A stretch of 32,000 bases of DNA from Xylanibacter ruminicola 23. GTDB taxonomy: Bacteria; Bacteroidota; Bacteroidia; Bacteroidales; Bacteroidaceae. Of this stretch, positions 1 to 8,691 are shown one piece after another. Location: the NCBI RefSeq assembly GCF_000025925.1, contig NC_014033.1, positions 960,001-992,000 of the forward strand, given 5' to 3'. A program made the translations under genes and the position numbers. Under the pieces are notes generated by a model, which saw nothing but the letters and a program-made list of their open reading frames with translations, was not told the DNA's origin and made no database searches. Every line of letters begins with the position of its first letter. The first letter of the stretch is position 1.

Positions 1-1
1 C

Positions 2-1525
2 GATCTGGCTATCTGCAATGCCGAGGACCCCATGTGTATTGCCGGTGTATTCGGCGGTAAGGGTAGCGGTACTTACGAGACCACCAAGAACGTAGTGCTT
101 GAGAGTGCCTACTTCCACCCAACATGGATCCGTAAGAGCGCACGCCGCCACGGACTGAGCACCGATGCCAGCTTCCGTTTTGAGCGTGGTGTTGATCCCA
201 ATGGTACCATCTACGCCCTGCAGCAGGCTGCTATCCTGTGTAAGGAGCTGGCTGGCGGTAAGGTGAGCATGGAGATTGTGGACGTATATCCCGAGAAGAT
301 GGAGAACGCCGTAGTAGATCTCTCATATCAGTATGTTCACGGCCTGGTTGGTAAGGAGATTCCTACCGATAAGATCAAGGCTATCTGTGAGAGTCTGGAG
401 ATGAAGGTGCTCGAGGAGACTGCCGAGGGCCTGAAGCTGGAGATTCCTGCTTACCGTGTGGACGTTACCCGTCCTTGCGATGTAGTAGAGGATATCCTGC
501 GTATCTACGGATATAATAATGTAGAGATTCCAACCCAGCTGAAGGGAAGCCTCGTGATTAAGGGCGATGAGGACCAGAAGCATAAGCTGGCTAACATCGT
601 AAGCGAGCAGCTGGTAGGCGAGGGATTCAACGAAATCCTGAACAACTCGCTCACCAAGGGTGCTTACTACGAGGGGCATAATGCCTACGCTGCCGAGAAC
701 TGCGTAAAGATTATGAATCCACTGAGTACCGACCTGAACGTGATGCGCCAGACACTGCTGTTCGGTGGACTTGAGAGCGTACAGCACAATGTGAACCGCA
801 AGCGTGCTAACCTGCGTTTCTTCGAGTTCGGTAACGTATATACATTTGATCCCGAGAAGGCTAACCTCGACGATCCTATGCAGGCTTACAAGGAGCAGTA
901 TCATGCTGCACTGTGGATTACAGGTAAGCGCGTAGAGGGCAGCTGGGCTCACGCTAACGAGGAGAGCAGCTTCTACGAGTTGAGCGCCTACGTTGAGAAT
1001 ATTCTGCGCCGTATCGGTGTTAAGCCCGGTATGATTGTTCGCAAGAAGAGCGAGAACGATATCTTCTCTGCCGGTCTCACCATCGAGAACCGTGGTGGTA
1101 AGAAGCTCATCGAGATGGGTATCATTACCAAGAAGCTGCTGAAGCAGTTCGGACTGGATGCACCTGTATTCTATGCCGAGCTGAACTGGACCGCGCTGAT
1201 GAAGGTGATTAAGAAGAACGAGGTACTTTACACTGAGGTGCCCAAGTTCCCAGCCGTTAGTCGCGACCTGGCCCTGTTGGTTGACAACAGCGTAGAGTTT
1301 GCCCAGATTGAGCAGATTGCCCGCGCAACAGAGAAGAAGCTGCTGAAGAAGGTTGAGTTGTTTGACGTTTACGAGGGCGACAAGCTGCCTGCTGGCAAGA
1401 AGAGCTACGCCGTGAACTTTATCCTTCAGGATGAGGAGAAGACCATGGGCGACAAACAGATCGAGGCCATCATGAACAAGCTCATCGCACAGCTGAAAAA
1501 GCAGCTGAATGCAGAACTGCGCTAA
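2..1525 (+). CDS. pheT: Phenylalanine--tRNA ligase beta subunit, C-terminal part (5' end lies outside the window)
   Basis: The frame is open from the window edge (nt 2, DLAICNAEDPMCIAGVFGG...) to the TAA at 1523-1525. Typical PheT segments are present: ...YRVDVTRPCDVVEDILRIYGYN..., ...PKFPAVSRDLALLVD..., ...ELFDVYEGDKLPAGKKSYAVNF.... Confidence 0.95.
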   Translation, partial: DLAICNAEDPMCIAGVFGGKGSGTYETTKNVVLESAYFHPTWIRKSARRHGLSTDASFRFERGVDPNGTIYALQQAAILCKELAGGKVSMEIVDVYPEKMENAVVDLSYQYVHGLVGKEIPTDKIKAICESLEMKVLEETAEGLKLEIPAYRVDVTRPCDVVEDILRIYGYNNVEIPTQLKGSLVIKGDEDQKHKLANIVSEQLVGEGFNEILNNSLTKGAYYEGHNAYAAENCVKIMNPLSTDLNVMRQTLLFGGLESVQHNVNRKRANLRFFEFGNVYTFDPEKANLDDPMQAYKEQYHAALWITGKRVEGSWAHANEESSFYELSAYVENILRRIGVKPGMIVRKKSENDIFSAGLTIENRGGKKLIEMGIITKKLLKQFGLDAPVFYAELNWTALMKVIKKNEVLYTEVPKFPAVSRDLALLVDNSVEFAQIEQIARATEKKLLKKVELFDVYEGDKLPAGKKSYAVNFILQDEEKTMGDKQIEAIMNKLIAQLKKQLNAELR

Positions 1526-1561
1526 TTTGACTATTTGACCATTTACTATTTGACTATTGGT
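1524..1561. repeat. AT-rich 7/8-nt micro-repeat element, family A, copy A1 (AATTTGAC TATTTGAC CATTTAC TATTTGAC TATTGGT)
   Basis: Read directly. The element fills the whole spacer between the pheT stop and the ATG at 1562. Its 23-nt core TATTTGACNATTTACNATTTGAC recurs at 19341-19363. Confidence 0.8.
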
Positions 1562-1927
1562 ATGACAGAGCTCGAGTTGAAAGAAAGATTCAAGAAATTC
1601 TCGATAAGGATTATCAAAATGGTCGATAGTATGCCCGATACAATTTCAGGAAGGGCAATTGGTTCGCAAGTGGTCAGATCAGGCACTTCGCCTGCAGCAA
1701 ATTATCGTGCTGCATGTTTGGGAAAGTCTGAGAAAGACTTCCTGAATAAGTTGAAGATGGTTGAGGAAGAACTTGACGAGACGAGTCATTGGTTAGAGGT
1801 GATCATGGAAACTGGAATGCTACCAGAGAATAGGGTGAAACCTCTATATACAGAATGCCTGGAACTGCTTAAGATAATTATCAGTTCAATTGTGAGTACT
1901 CGCAAGCATCTTGATTGTATTAAATAG
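1562..1927 (+). CDS. Four-helix-bundle protein (23S rRNA intervening-sequence protein / Avd-like family)
   Basis: The translation MTELELKERFKKFSIRIIKMVDSMPDTISGRAIGSQVVRSGTSPAANYRAACLGKSEKDFLNKLKMVEEELDETSHWLEV... matches the family pattern (R-SxxS-xANYxEA, FxxKLxxxxxExxET-xWL). I prefer the ATG at 1562 over the ORF-track TTG at 1535, which lies inside the repeat. Codon usage differs from the neighbours: 5 of 7 Arg codons are AGA/AGG. Confidence 0.85.
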   Translation: MTELELKERFKKFSIRIIKMVDSMPDTISGRAIGSQVVRSGTSPAANYRAACLGKSEKDFLNKLKMVEEELDETSHWLEVIMETGMLPENRVKPLYTECLELLKIIISSIVSTRKHLDCIK

Positions 1928-1959
1928 TAAAATTGTGAAATAGTAAAATAGTAAAATTA
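1921..1959. repeat. Family A micro-repeat, copy A2, inverted relative to A1 (TAAATAG TAAAATTG TGAAATAG TAAAATAG TAAAATTA)
   Basis: Read directly. The element contains the TAG stop (1925-1927) of the four-helix-bundle ORF and ends 4 nt before the yebC ATG. GTGAAATAGTAAA (1935-1947) is complementary to TTTACTATTTGAC (1542-1554) at 12 of 13 positions. Confidence 0.8.
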
Positions 1960-1963
1960 AACA

Positions 1964-2701
1964 ATGGGAAGAGCATTTGAATATCGTAAAGCTACAAAGC
2001 TGAAGCGATGGGGCCACATGGCCAAGACATTTACAAAGATTGGTAAGCAGATTGCTATTGCCGTGAAGGCAGGCGGTCCAGAGCCAGAGAACAACCCCGC
2101 GCTGCGTGCTATCATTGCCAACGCTAAGCGCGAGAACATGCCAAAGGACAACATTGAGCGTGCTATCAAGAACGCTATGGGTAAGGACCAGAGCGATTAC
2201 AAGGAAGTAACTTACGAGGGATACGGACCTCACGGAATCGCTATCTTTGTTGAGACACTGACCGACAACACCACACGTACTGTAGGTGACGTTCGTTCGG
2301 TATTCAACAAGTTCAACGGTAACCTGGGTACACAGGGTTCGCTCTCATTCCTGTTCGACCACAAGAGCGTATTTACCTTTAAGAAGAAGGACGGTCTGGA
2401 TATGGACGAGATGATCCTGGACCTGATCGACTACGGCGTAGAGGATGAGTACGACGAGGACGAGGAGGAGAACAGCATCACTATCTATGCCGATCCTTCA
2501 AGCTTCAGCGCTGTGCAGAAGCACCTTGAGGAGAACGGTTTCGAGGTTACTGGTGCTGAGTTCACCCGCATTCCTAACGACCTGAAGGACGTTACAGCCG
2601 AGCAGCGTGAGACTATCGACAAGATGGTTGAGAAGCTGGAGGACTTTGACGACGTTCAGACCGTTTACACAAACATGAAACCTGAAGAGGTTGCTGAATA
2701 A
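1964..2701 (+). CDS. yebC: YebC/PmpR family DNA-binding transcriptional regulator
   Basis: MGRAFEYRKATKLKRWGHMAKTFTKIGKQIAIAVKAGGPEPENNPALRAIIANAKRENMPKDNIERAIK... is the conserved YebC N-terminus. The protein is full length at 245 aa. Confidence 0.95.
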   Translation: MGRAFEYRKATKLKRWGHMAKTFTKIGKQIAIAVKAGGPEPENNPALRAIIANAKRENMPKDNIERAIKNAMGKDQSDYKEVTYEGYGPHGIAIFVETLTDNTTRTVGDVRSVFNKFNGNLGTQGSLSFLFDHKSVFTFKKKDGLDMDEMILDLIDYGVEDEYDEDEEENSITIYADPSSFSAVQKHLEENGFEVTGAEFTRIPNDLKDVTAEQRETIDKMVEKLEDFDDVQTVYTNMKPEEVAE

Positions 2702-2745
2702 AAAAAAGAATTCCCTCGCCAACCGGCGGGGGAATTTTATTTTAA
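2699..2745. terminator. Bidirectional intrinsic terminator between convergent yebC and the lipoprotein gene
   Basis: Hairpin AATTCCCTCGCC (2709-2720), loop AACC, then GGCGGGGGAATT (2725-2736). It is flanked by A9 on the 5' side, which reads as a U-run for the minus transcript, and by TTTTATTTT on the 3' side. Confidence 0.8.
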
Positions 2746-3128
2746 TAATCCTTTTCTGTGAAAACCACATCAAGTAGAATCTTCTTAGGATCCTTGCTGG
2801 AGCGGTAGGTGTAAGCAAAGCGGTACTTGGCATCTTTATACACCTTAACGGCTGTAGCGTTCTTAAGGCCCTGCTTAAGCACGTTAACGGCATCAACATC
2901 CTTCAATGCCTGCTCCTCGTCGGCCACGCCCGTAAGCTTATAATAATAATGTATGGTGTGCGTAGCGCGTTCGAAAACCAGACTGTCGATCACTGTGTTC
3001 TCATCGATGGCTGTGGGGCAATGCTTGCGCGTGTACTCCTTGGCATCGCGCTCGCAGCGGTCCTCCAAACTCTCCTGACAAGCGCTAAATAACAGGGCTA
3101 TCATACCCAATATCCAAAACTTTTTCAT
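2742..3128 (-). CDS. Small lipoprotein of unknown function
   Basis: The start is placed at the ATG at 3128, giving MKKFWILGMIALLFSAC with a lipobox Cys. The ORF-track TTG start at 3161 would read through a TATCTTTG promoter box. I recognise no family. Confidence 0.7.
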   Translation of the reverse strand: MKKFWILGMIALLFSACQESLEDRCERDAKEYTRKHCPTAIDENTVIDSLVFERATHTIHYYYKLTGVADEEQALKDVDAVNVLKQGLKNATAVKVYKDAKYRFAYTYRSSKDPKKILLDVVFTEKDY

Positions 3129-3150
3129 AACGAATGCTATTTTTTGCCTG

Positions 3151-3158
3151 CAAAGATA
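3151..3158 (-). promoter_or_regulatory. Bacteroidota -7 promoter box TATCTTTG (TAnnTTTG) for the lipoprotein gene
   Basis: The plus strand reads CAAAGATA. The box ends 22 nt upstream of the ATG at 3128. Confidence 0.55.
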
Positions 3159-3199
3159 CAAAAAAAAGCAAAATTATGTGATTTCTGAGAGTTTTTTTG

Positions 3200-3207
3200 T
3201 AATTTTG
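3200..3207 (+). promoter_or_regulatory. Bacteroidota -7 promoter box TAATTTTG for lepA
   Basis: Exact TAnnTTTG match, ending 23 nt upstream of the ATG at 3231. Confidence 0.55.
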
Positions 3208-3230
3208 CAGTCTAAAGCATAGAATCTACA

Positions 3231-5012
3231 ATGAATCATATAAGAAATTTCTGCATCATCGCCCACATCGATCACGGCAAATCTACTCTGGCTGACAGAC
3301 TGCTGGAGTACACTAAGACTATACAGGTGACCGAGGGACAGATGCTCGACGATATGGACTTGGAGCGTGAACGTGGTATTACGATTAAGAGTCACGCTAT
3401 CCAGATGGAATACACTTACAAGGGAGAGAAATACATACTGAACCTGATTGACACTCCGGGACACGTCGACTTTTCGTACGAGGTGAGCCGTTCTATCGCT
3501 GCCTGCGAGGGTGCGCTGCTGGTGGTGGATGCCACACAGGGTGTACAGGCACAGACCATCTCGAATCTCTATATGGCCATCGACCATAACTTGGAGATTA
3601 TCCCTGTAATCAATAAGATTGATATGCCCAGCGCCATGCCCGATGAGGTGGAAGATGAGATTATCGACCTGATTGGCTGCGATCGCGAGGATATTATCCG
3701 TGCTTCGGGTAAGACCGGCGAAGGCGTTGAAGAGATACTGAACGCTGTTGTTGAGAAGATTCCGCACCCAGTGGGCGACGAGAAGGCTCCGCTGCAGGCG
3801 CTCATTTTCGACTCGGTATTCAACTCGTTCCGCGGTATCATCGCTTACTTCAAGATTGTGAACGGCTCTATCAAGAGCGGCGACCACGTGAAGTTCTTTA
3901 ATACCGGTATGGAGTACGATGCCGACGAGATTGGTGTGCTGAAGATGGATATGATTCCCCGCAAAGAGCTGAAGACAGGCGATGTGGGTTACATCATCAG
4001 CGGTATCAAGAACTCGAGAGAGGTAAAGGTGGGTGATACCATCACACACGTGGCTACCCCTTGCGACAAGGCCATCGAGGGCTTCCAGGAGGTTAAACCT
4101 ATGGTGTTTGCTGGTGTTTATCCTATCGATCCTACCGATTACGAGAACCTGCGTGCATCGCTCGAAAAGCTGCAGCTTAACGATGCATCGCTCACATTCA
4201 TGCCCGAGAGCTCGGTAGCCTTGGGATTCGGTTTCCGTTGCGGATTCCTCGGACTGTTGCACATGGAGATTATCCAGGAGCGACTGGACCGCGAGTTTGA
4301 TATGGACGTGATTACCACCGTGCCCAACGTAAGCTATATGTGCTACACCAAGCAGGGTGAGGTGAAAGAGGTTCACAACCCAAGTGGACTGCCCGATCAG
4401 ACGATGATCGACCATATTGAGGAGCCTTATATCCGTGCATCGATCATTACCGCTGCCGATTATATCGGTCCGATCATGACGCTGTGTCTGGATAAGCGCG
4501 GCGAGCTGCTGGATCAGCAGTACGTGAGCGGTAACCGCATTGAGCTGCACTTTATGCTGCCTCTGGGCGAAATCGTGATCGACTTCTATGATAAACTTAA
4601 GTCGGTATCAAAGGGATACGCTTCGTTCGATTACCACATCGACGGTTTCCGTCCCTCGAAACTGGCTAAGCTCGATATTCTGTTGAATGGTGAGCCTGTG
4701 GATGCCCTGAGCACCCTGACACACCAGGACAACGCTGTGACCTTTGGTCGCCGTATGTGTGAGAAACTGAAAGAGCTGATTCCACGTCAGCAGTTCGACA
4801 TCGCCATCCAGGCTGCCATCGGTGCTAAGATTATTGCCCGCGAAACCGTTAAGCAGGTGCGTAAGGATGTTACCGCCAAGTGTTATGGTGGCGACGTGAG
4901 TCGTAAGCGTAAACTGCTGGAGAAACAGAAGCGAGGCAAGAAGCGTATGAAGCAGATTGGTAACGTGGAGGTGCCACAGAAGGCCTTCCTCGCAGTATTG
5001 AAATTGGACTAA
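3231..5012 (+). CDS. lepA: Translation elongation factor 4 (LepA)
   Basis: [26 protein letters not shown]..., DTPGHVDF and NKIDM GTPase motifs, and the conserved C-terminal ...[42 protein letters not shown]. Confidence 0.97.
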   Translation: MNHIRNFCIIAHIDHGKSTLADRLLEYTKTIQVTEGQMLDDMDLERERGITIKSHAIQMEYTYKGEKYILNLIDTPGHVDFSYEVSRSIAACEGALLVVDATQGVQAQTISNLYMAIDHNLEIIPVINKIDMPSAMPDEVEDEIIDLIGCDREDIIRASGKTGEGVEEILNAVVEKIPHPVGDEKAPLQALIFDSVFNSFRGIIAYFKIVNGSIKSGDHVKFFNTGMEYDADEIGVLKMDMIPRKELKTGDVGYIISGIKNSREVKVGDTITHVATPCDKAIEGFQEVKPMVFAGVYPIDPTDYENLRASLEKLQLNDASLTFMPESSVALGFGFRCGFLGLLHMEIIQERLDREFDMDVITTVPNVSYMCYTKQGEVKEVHNPSGLPDQTMIDHIEEPYIRASIITAADYIGPIMTLCLDKRGELLDQQYVSGNRIELHFMLPLGEIVIDFYDKLKSVSKGYASFDYHIDGFRPSKLAKLDILLNGEPVDALSTLTHQDNAVTFGRRMCEKLKELIPRQQFDIAIQAAIGAKIIARETVKQVRKDVTAKCYGGDVSRKRKLLEKQKRGKKRMKQIGNVEVPQKAFLAVLKLD

Positions 5013-5028
5013 AAACAAACAATAATCT

Positions 5029-5628
5029 ATGGCAAATGTTAGCTTGACAACCCGAGACGTGGCACGAGAACTGGCCCGTCGATACAGTACAATGACGCAC
5101 GAAGAGCTCGACCTGCTGGAGAGCATTCTCGTACCGATGAAGTTCGCTAAGAACGAACTCATCCTGAAGGAGGGCGAGGTATGTACCAATATCTACTGGG
5201 TGGTACGTGGACTGGTGCGCCAGTTTTATTTCAAGAATGACAAGGAACTGACCGAATATATGGCCACCGAGAACTCGATCGTGATGTGTATCGAGAGCTT
5301 GTTCCGCGAGCAGCCTTCGCAGTTGCAGATCAAGGCCCTGGAGCCTACTATCCTGATTGCGCTGCCTAAGGCTGACCTGGAGGCTGTGGCTATGAAGAGC
5401 GTGAACATCCAGATTCTGTATCGTAAGATTCTGGAGGAGAGCCTTATCCTGAGTCAGCACCACGCCGATATGCTGCGCTTTGAGAGTGCACAGGACCGCT
5501 ACCAGAAGCTGGTAAAGAATCAGCCACAGCTGGTACTGCGTGCACCGCTGGTATATATCGCTAGCTACCTGCAGATGACACCAGAGACACTGTCGCGTGT
5601 GCGTACAGCGGCTCTGATGGAAAAATAA
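5029..5628 (+). CDS. Crp/Fnr family transcriptional regulator (cNMP-binding domain plus C-terminal HTH)
   Basis: The cNMP-binding-like core reads LILKEGEVCTNIYWVVRGLVRQFY. The C-terminal HTH-like segment reads YIASYLQMTPETLSRVR. The gene lies 16 nt after lepA and is probably co-transcribed with it. Confidence 0.85.
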   Translation: MANVSLTTRDVARELARRYSTMTHEELDLLESILVPMKFAKNELILKEGEVCTNIYWVVRGLVRQFYFKNDKELTEYMATENSIVMCIESLFREQPSQLQIKALEPTILIALPKADLEAVAMKSVNIQILYRKILEESLILSQHHADMLRFESAQDRYQKLVKNQPQLVLRAPLVYIASYLQMTPETLSRVRTAALMEK

Positions 5629-5640
5629 GTAAGTTATAAA

Positions 5641-7077
5641 TTAATGCTTAGTTAAATACAATGAGTTATCAATACATTTTGGTAACTCATTTTCGTAATG
5701 TGTTACGTAGATGAGCGTGCGCTCGGGATCCTCGAACATATAACGGTCCACAATCGTCTTAACCAGATTGCGGTTGCACAGATCCAAACCGTGTAGGGGC
5801 TCGTCGAGAATCAACAGGTCGGGACTCTTTACAAAGGCACGTGCCAGCAGTACCAGGCGCTGTTCGCCGCTCGACATCTCAAGGAACTTGCGGTCGGCCA
5901 GGTGCTTAATGCCAAACAGGTTCATCCACTCAATACACAAATCCTTTTCCTGCTTGGTGGGGCGGGCATACAGGCCTACGGTATCTTTCAGGCCGCTGGC
6001 CACAATCTGTATGGCGGGGATGTTCTGCTTATAGCTGCGGTGCATCTCGGGCGAAATGTAACCGATATGTTTCTTGATATCCCAGATACTCTCGCCGCTG
6101 CCACGCCTGTGGCCAAACAGTGAGATATCATTGGCATAAGCCTGAGGATTATCGGCACAAACCAGCGAGAGTAGGGTAGATTTACCGGCACCGTTCTGAC
6201 CCGACAGCGACCAGTGCTCGCCTTTGAGCACCACCCAGTTCAAATCCTTCAGGATGGTACGCTCGCCGTATTGGATGGTAACGTTGTTGAACTTGATAAT
6301 TTCCTGTGGCATTGGGGGAATTACCTCAGGCTTTTTCAGGAGAATGGCGTGCGGACAGTGCTCGATGGGGAAGCTGGTCTTTACCTGGATGTCCTGCACA
6401 AAGCGCAGATCAACCATTTTAATTACACGGGTTACAAACTCGGGTATCTCGTCCATCTTCGAGAGCACTAAAATCATCTGCATGTTCTGTTCGGCAGCCA
6501 GCGTGGTGAGCAGCTGTTTTACCTGGTCGCGGGTCTCGGCATCAAGACCGATAAACGGGTTCTCGATAATCAGCACCTTGGGTTTGGTAAACAGGTTTGA
6601 TGCCAACTTGTATTTGCGCAGTTCGCCGCTACTCAGCAGGATAATATATTTGTCGAGCAGTTCGTTAAGGTGGAACAACTCGTACAGATGCTTCTGGAAG
6701 TCACGACGCTCTGGGGTGTCGGGGCCCGACAGCAGGAAAGCCTCTTCGAGCTTGCTGCCAACGGTAGGTGTTTCCTCGTCGATCTCCATCTGGTTCCAAC
6801 GCTGCTGCAGAAAGTATGTACGATCGTTGTCACCACCGTAGGTATCACGGAACGTGATGTGTTTCAAGTTGTTATATGGTTCGGTGAACGAATAGCTTAT
6901 CTGGTCGGGGTATACGGGATGCTTGCCGGTAATCATATCTACCAACATACTCTTACCGCCGCCGTTACGGCCCACAATAGCCACGTGCTCGCCCTTGTCG
7001 AGGTGGAAGTTTACAGGCTCGGCCAAACGCCATTCTGGCTTACGTGCGGTTGCATTCTTTAGTTCAATCGTCTTCAT
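5641..7077 (-). CDS. modF: Soluble tandem-ABC ATPase, ModF (PhrA)-like
   Basis: Two ABC cassettes are present: GRNGGGKS...LSSGELRK...[11 protein letters not shown] and [13 protein letters not shown]...MSSGEQRL...[11 protein letters not shown]. The stretch [57 protein letters not shown] closely resembles what I recall of E. coli ModF. There is no membrane domain and no adjacent modABC. Its ATG overlaps the ruvC stop as ATGA. Confidence 0.8.
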   Translation of the reverse strand: MKTIELKNATARKPEWRLAEPVNFHLDKGEHVAIVGRNGGGKSMLVDMITGKHPVYPDQISYSFTEPYNNLKHITFRDTYGGDNDRTYFLQQRWNQMEIDEETPTVGSKLEEAFLLSGPDTPERRDFQKHLYELFHLNELLDKYIILLSSGELRKYKLASNLFTKPKVLIIENPFIGLDAETRDQVKQLLTTLAAEQNMQMILVLSKMDEIPEFVTRVIKMVDLRFVQDIQVKTSFPIEHCPHAILLKKPEVIPPMPQEIIKFNNVTIQYGERTILKDLNWVVLKGEHWSLSGQNGAGKSTLLSLVCADNPQAYANDISLFGHRRGSGESIWDIKKHIGYISPEMHRSYKQNIPAIQIVASGLKDTVGLYARPTKQEKDLCIEWMNLFGIKHLADRKFLEMSSGEQRLVLLARAFVKSPDLLILDEPLHGLDLCNRNLVKTIVDRYMFEDPERTLIYVTHYENELPKCIDNSLYLTKH

Positions 7078-7643
7078 GCTTTCTCTTTTCTCTTAGATAC
7101 TTTATCCTGGTTCTTGTTGATGAAATCCTTCCAGCCACGGTATTTTACGTCGCTTTCGGGGCGCCCCATCTGCAGGAAATGACAATAGGCAGCAGCAAGC
7201 GCATCAGTAGCGTCCATATACTTACCCATCTCGTCGTTGGGAATCTTCAGCAGGCGCTGTAACATACCAGCCACCTGTTCTTTCGAGGCACCACCATTAC
7301 CGGTAAGCGCCATCTTGATTTTCATGGGGGCATACTCGTGTATGGGAACGCCGTGGTGCACAGCAGCAGCTATCGCAGTGCCCTGAGCACGTCCCAGCTT
7401 CAGCATCGACTGCACGTTCTTACCAAAGAACGGGGCCTCGATAGCCATCTCGTCGGGTAGGAACCCATCGATGATGCCGGTAACACGTTCGAAGATATGA
7501 CCCAGCTTGAGATAGGCATCAGGAAACTTGCGCAAATCGATAACACCCATCGTCATCATCTGCGCCTTTCCATCCACCACCTTTAGCAGTCCGTAACCCA
7601 TTAAATTGGTTCCGGGGTCAATCCCAAGTATGATCTTTTCCAT
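7074..7643 (-). CDS. ruvC: Crossover junction endodeoxyribonuclease RuvC
   Basis: [20 protein letters not shown]...[20 protein letters not shown]...[12 protein letters not shown] prefer the ATG at 7643, because the ORF-track TTG at 7655 lies inside the TAACTTTG promoter box. Confidence 0.93.
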   Translation of the reverse strand: MEKIILGIDPGTNLMGYGLLKVVDGKAQMMTMGVIDLRKFPDAYLKLGHIFERVTGIIDGFLPDEMAIEAPFFGKNVQSMLKLGRAQGTAIAAAVHHGVPIHEYAPMKIKMALTGNGGASKEQVAGMLQRLLKIPNDEMGKYMDATDALAAAYCHFLQMGRPESDVKYRGWKDFINKNQDKVSKRKEKA

Positions 7644-7652
7644 TTCCGAGTG

Positions 7653-7660
7653 CAAAGTTA
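7653..7660 (-). promoter_or_regulatory. -7 promoter box TAACTTTG for ruvC-modF
   Basis: The plus strand reads CAAAGTTA. Only 9 nt (CACTCGGAA) separate the box from the ATG at 7643. Confidence 0.55.
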
Positions 7661-7703
7661 ACTAAAATTGTTCGGAAAATGGCTATTTTATCGAAAAAAT
7701 GTG

Positions 7704-7711
7704 TACCTTTG
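7704..7711 (+). promoter_or_regulatory. -7 promoter box TACCTTTG for the carboxypeptidase gene
   Basis: Exact TAnnTTTG match, 35 nt upstream of the ATG at 7747. Confidence 0.5.
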
Positions 7712-7746
7712 CGGGCAAAAATAGTAAAAACTGTAAGAATATACCA

Positions 7747-8691
7747 ATGAAAAAGAGATATATCACTATAACAATGATGCTGGCAGTGGTGCTGGCATCG
7801 TGTCGTTTTGGTAGGGGCGACGAGAAAATAGAGCTCACACCAGAGCAGATGCGACTGGAAAAAATAAGCAGAATCGATACCACTTCGCTGCGTGCGGTAC
7901 TGAATCCCGACTCGATTGAGGGTAGCACCAAGCTGGATTCGCTCACCGCTGATGCGTGGATGCTGGTAGATGACTCTACGGGCATTGTGATTAGCGAGAA
8001 ATGTGGTTTTGAGCGTCGCTATATGGCCTCGATCACCAAGATGATGACCGCCCTGATTGCGCTTGAGAAGGGTAATCTGAGCGACAGTATCGATATCACC
8101 GAGGATGTGTTTATCAACCGCGATTCGCGTGTACGATTGGGACAGGGCTACGTGATGTTAGACCTGATTTACGAGATGATGATGATAAGCGATAACGATG
8201 CAGCCTACGCGCTGGCCAAGCATGTGGGTGGCGACACGCTGCGATTCTACGACCTGATGAACCAGAAGGCGCAGTATTTAGGGATGGACAGCACGCACTT
8301 TGCCAACCCTAACGGTATGCCTAACGATAATAACTTCAGTAGCGCTGCCGACTTGGTAAAGCTGGCCCGTTACGCCATGCGCGACACCATGTTTGCCAGC
8401 ATTGTGGGCACCGCCGAGAAAGCCGTCCCGCTGACCGATGGGCGCCATATGGACTGTAGAAACTCAAATGCCCTGCTGCACACTTACGAGGGTTGTATCG
8501 GCATTAAAACGGGTTATACGCGTCAGGCTGGTTACTGTCTGGCCTCATCGGCTACCCGCAACGGACACACGCTGTATCTGGTGTTGCTGAACAGCAGACG
8601 ACATGCGACACGATTCACCGAATCGGCCGCATTACTGGATTATGGGTTCCGTGTGATGGATGCTTACACCCAGCGCATCAACGCCCAATAA
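7747..8691 (+). CDS. D-alanyl-D-alanine carboxypeptidase (serine-type, PBP5/6-like, peptidase S11), lipoprotein signal
   Basis: The signal is MKKRYITITMMLAVVLASC. The SxxK (SITKMMT), SxN (ISDNDAA) and KTG (GIKTGYT) motifs are all present. The start at 7747 is chosen over the ATG at 7699, which precedes and overlaps the promoter box. Confidence 0.88.
   Translation: MKKRYITITMMLAVVLASCRFGRGDEKIELTPEQMRLEKISRIDTTSLRAVLNPDSIEGSTKLDSLTADAWMLVDDSTGIVISEKCGFERRYMASITKMMTALIALEKGNLSDSIDITEDVFINRDSRVRLGQGYVMLDLIYEMMMISDNDAAYALAKHVGGDTLRFYDLMNQKAQYLGMDSTHFANPNGMPNDNNFSSAADLVKLARYAMRDTMFASIVGTAEKAVPLTDGRHMDCRNSNALLHTYEGCIGIKTGYTRQAGYCLASSATRNGHTLYLVLLNSRRHATRFTESAALLDYGFRVMDAYTQRINAQ

Noticed and set aside
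1535-1561. Upstream alternative starts offered by the ORF track: TTG 1535, TTG 3161, TTG 7655, ATG 7699, TTG 12492, TTG 23864 and GTG 27448.
   Set aside because: Several of these TTG codons are simply the TTTG of a TAnnTTTG -7 promoter box or lie inside repeat A1. The downstream ATGs give canonical family N-termini or signal peptides ([51 protein letters not shown]) or an ATGA coupling (27487).
1562-1927. The four-helix-bundle protein, considered as the Avd component of a diversity-generating retroelement.
   Set aside because: There is no reverse transcriptase, no template/variable repeat pair and no target gene anywhere in the window. The ORF is isolated between pheT and yebC.
3174-4550. 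A 458-aa ORF on the minus strand, antisense to lepA. Similar long antisense ORFs lie at 9317-10135 (opposite hppA), 16261-17586 (opposite the TPR gene), 24200-25315 and 25820-26587 (opposite lon), 26645-27472 (opposite tgt), 27778-28413 (opposite lptF/G) and 323-952 (opposite pheT).
   Set aside because: These are shadow ORFs. Each lies fully inside a gene with an unmistakable conserved product on the other strand. Their translations are low-complexity (rich in L/H/V/Q/R) with no recognisable motifs. Stop-poor antisense frames are expected when the sense strand has a strong third-position GC bias.
5641-7077. The ModF-like protein, considered as the ATPase of a molybdate ABC importer.
   Set aside because: The window contains no permease gene, no substrate-binding protein gene and no modABC or modE context. 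The protein is a fused double ATPase coupled to ruvC. It is therefore called only as a soluble tandem-ABC ATPase.
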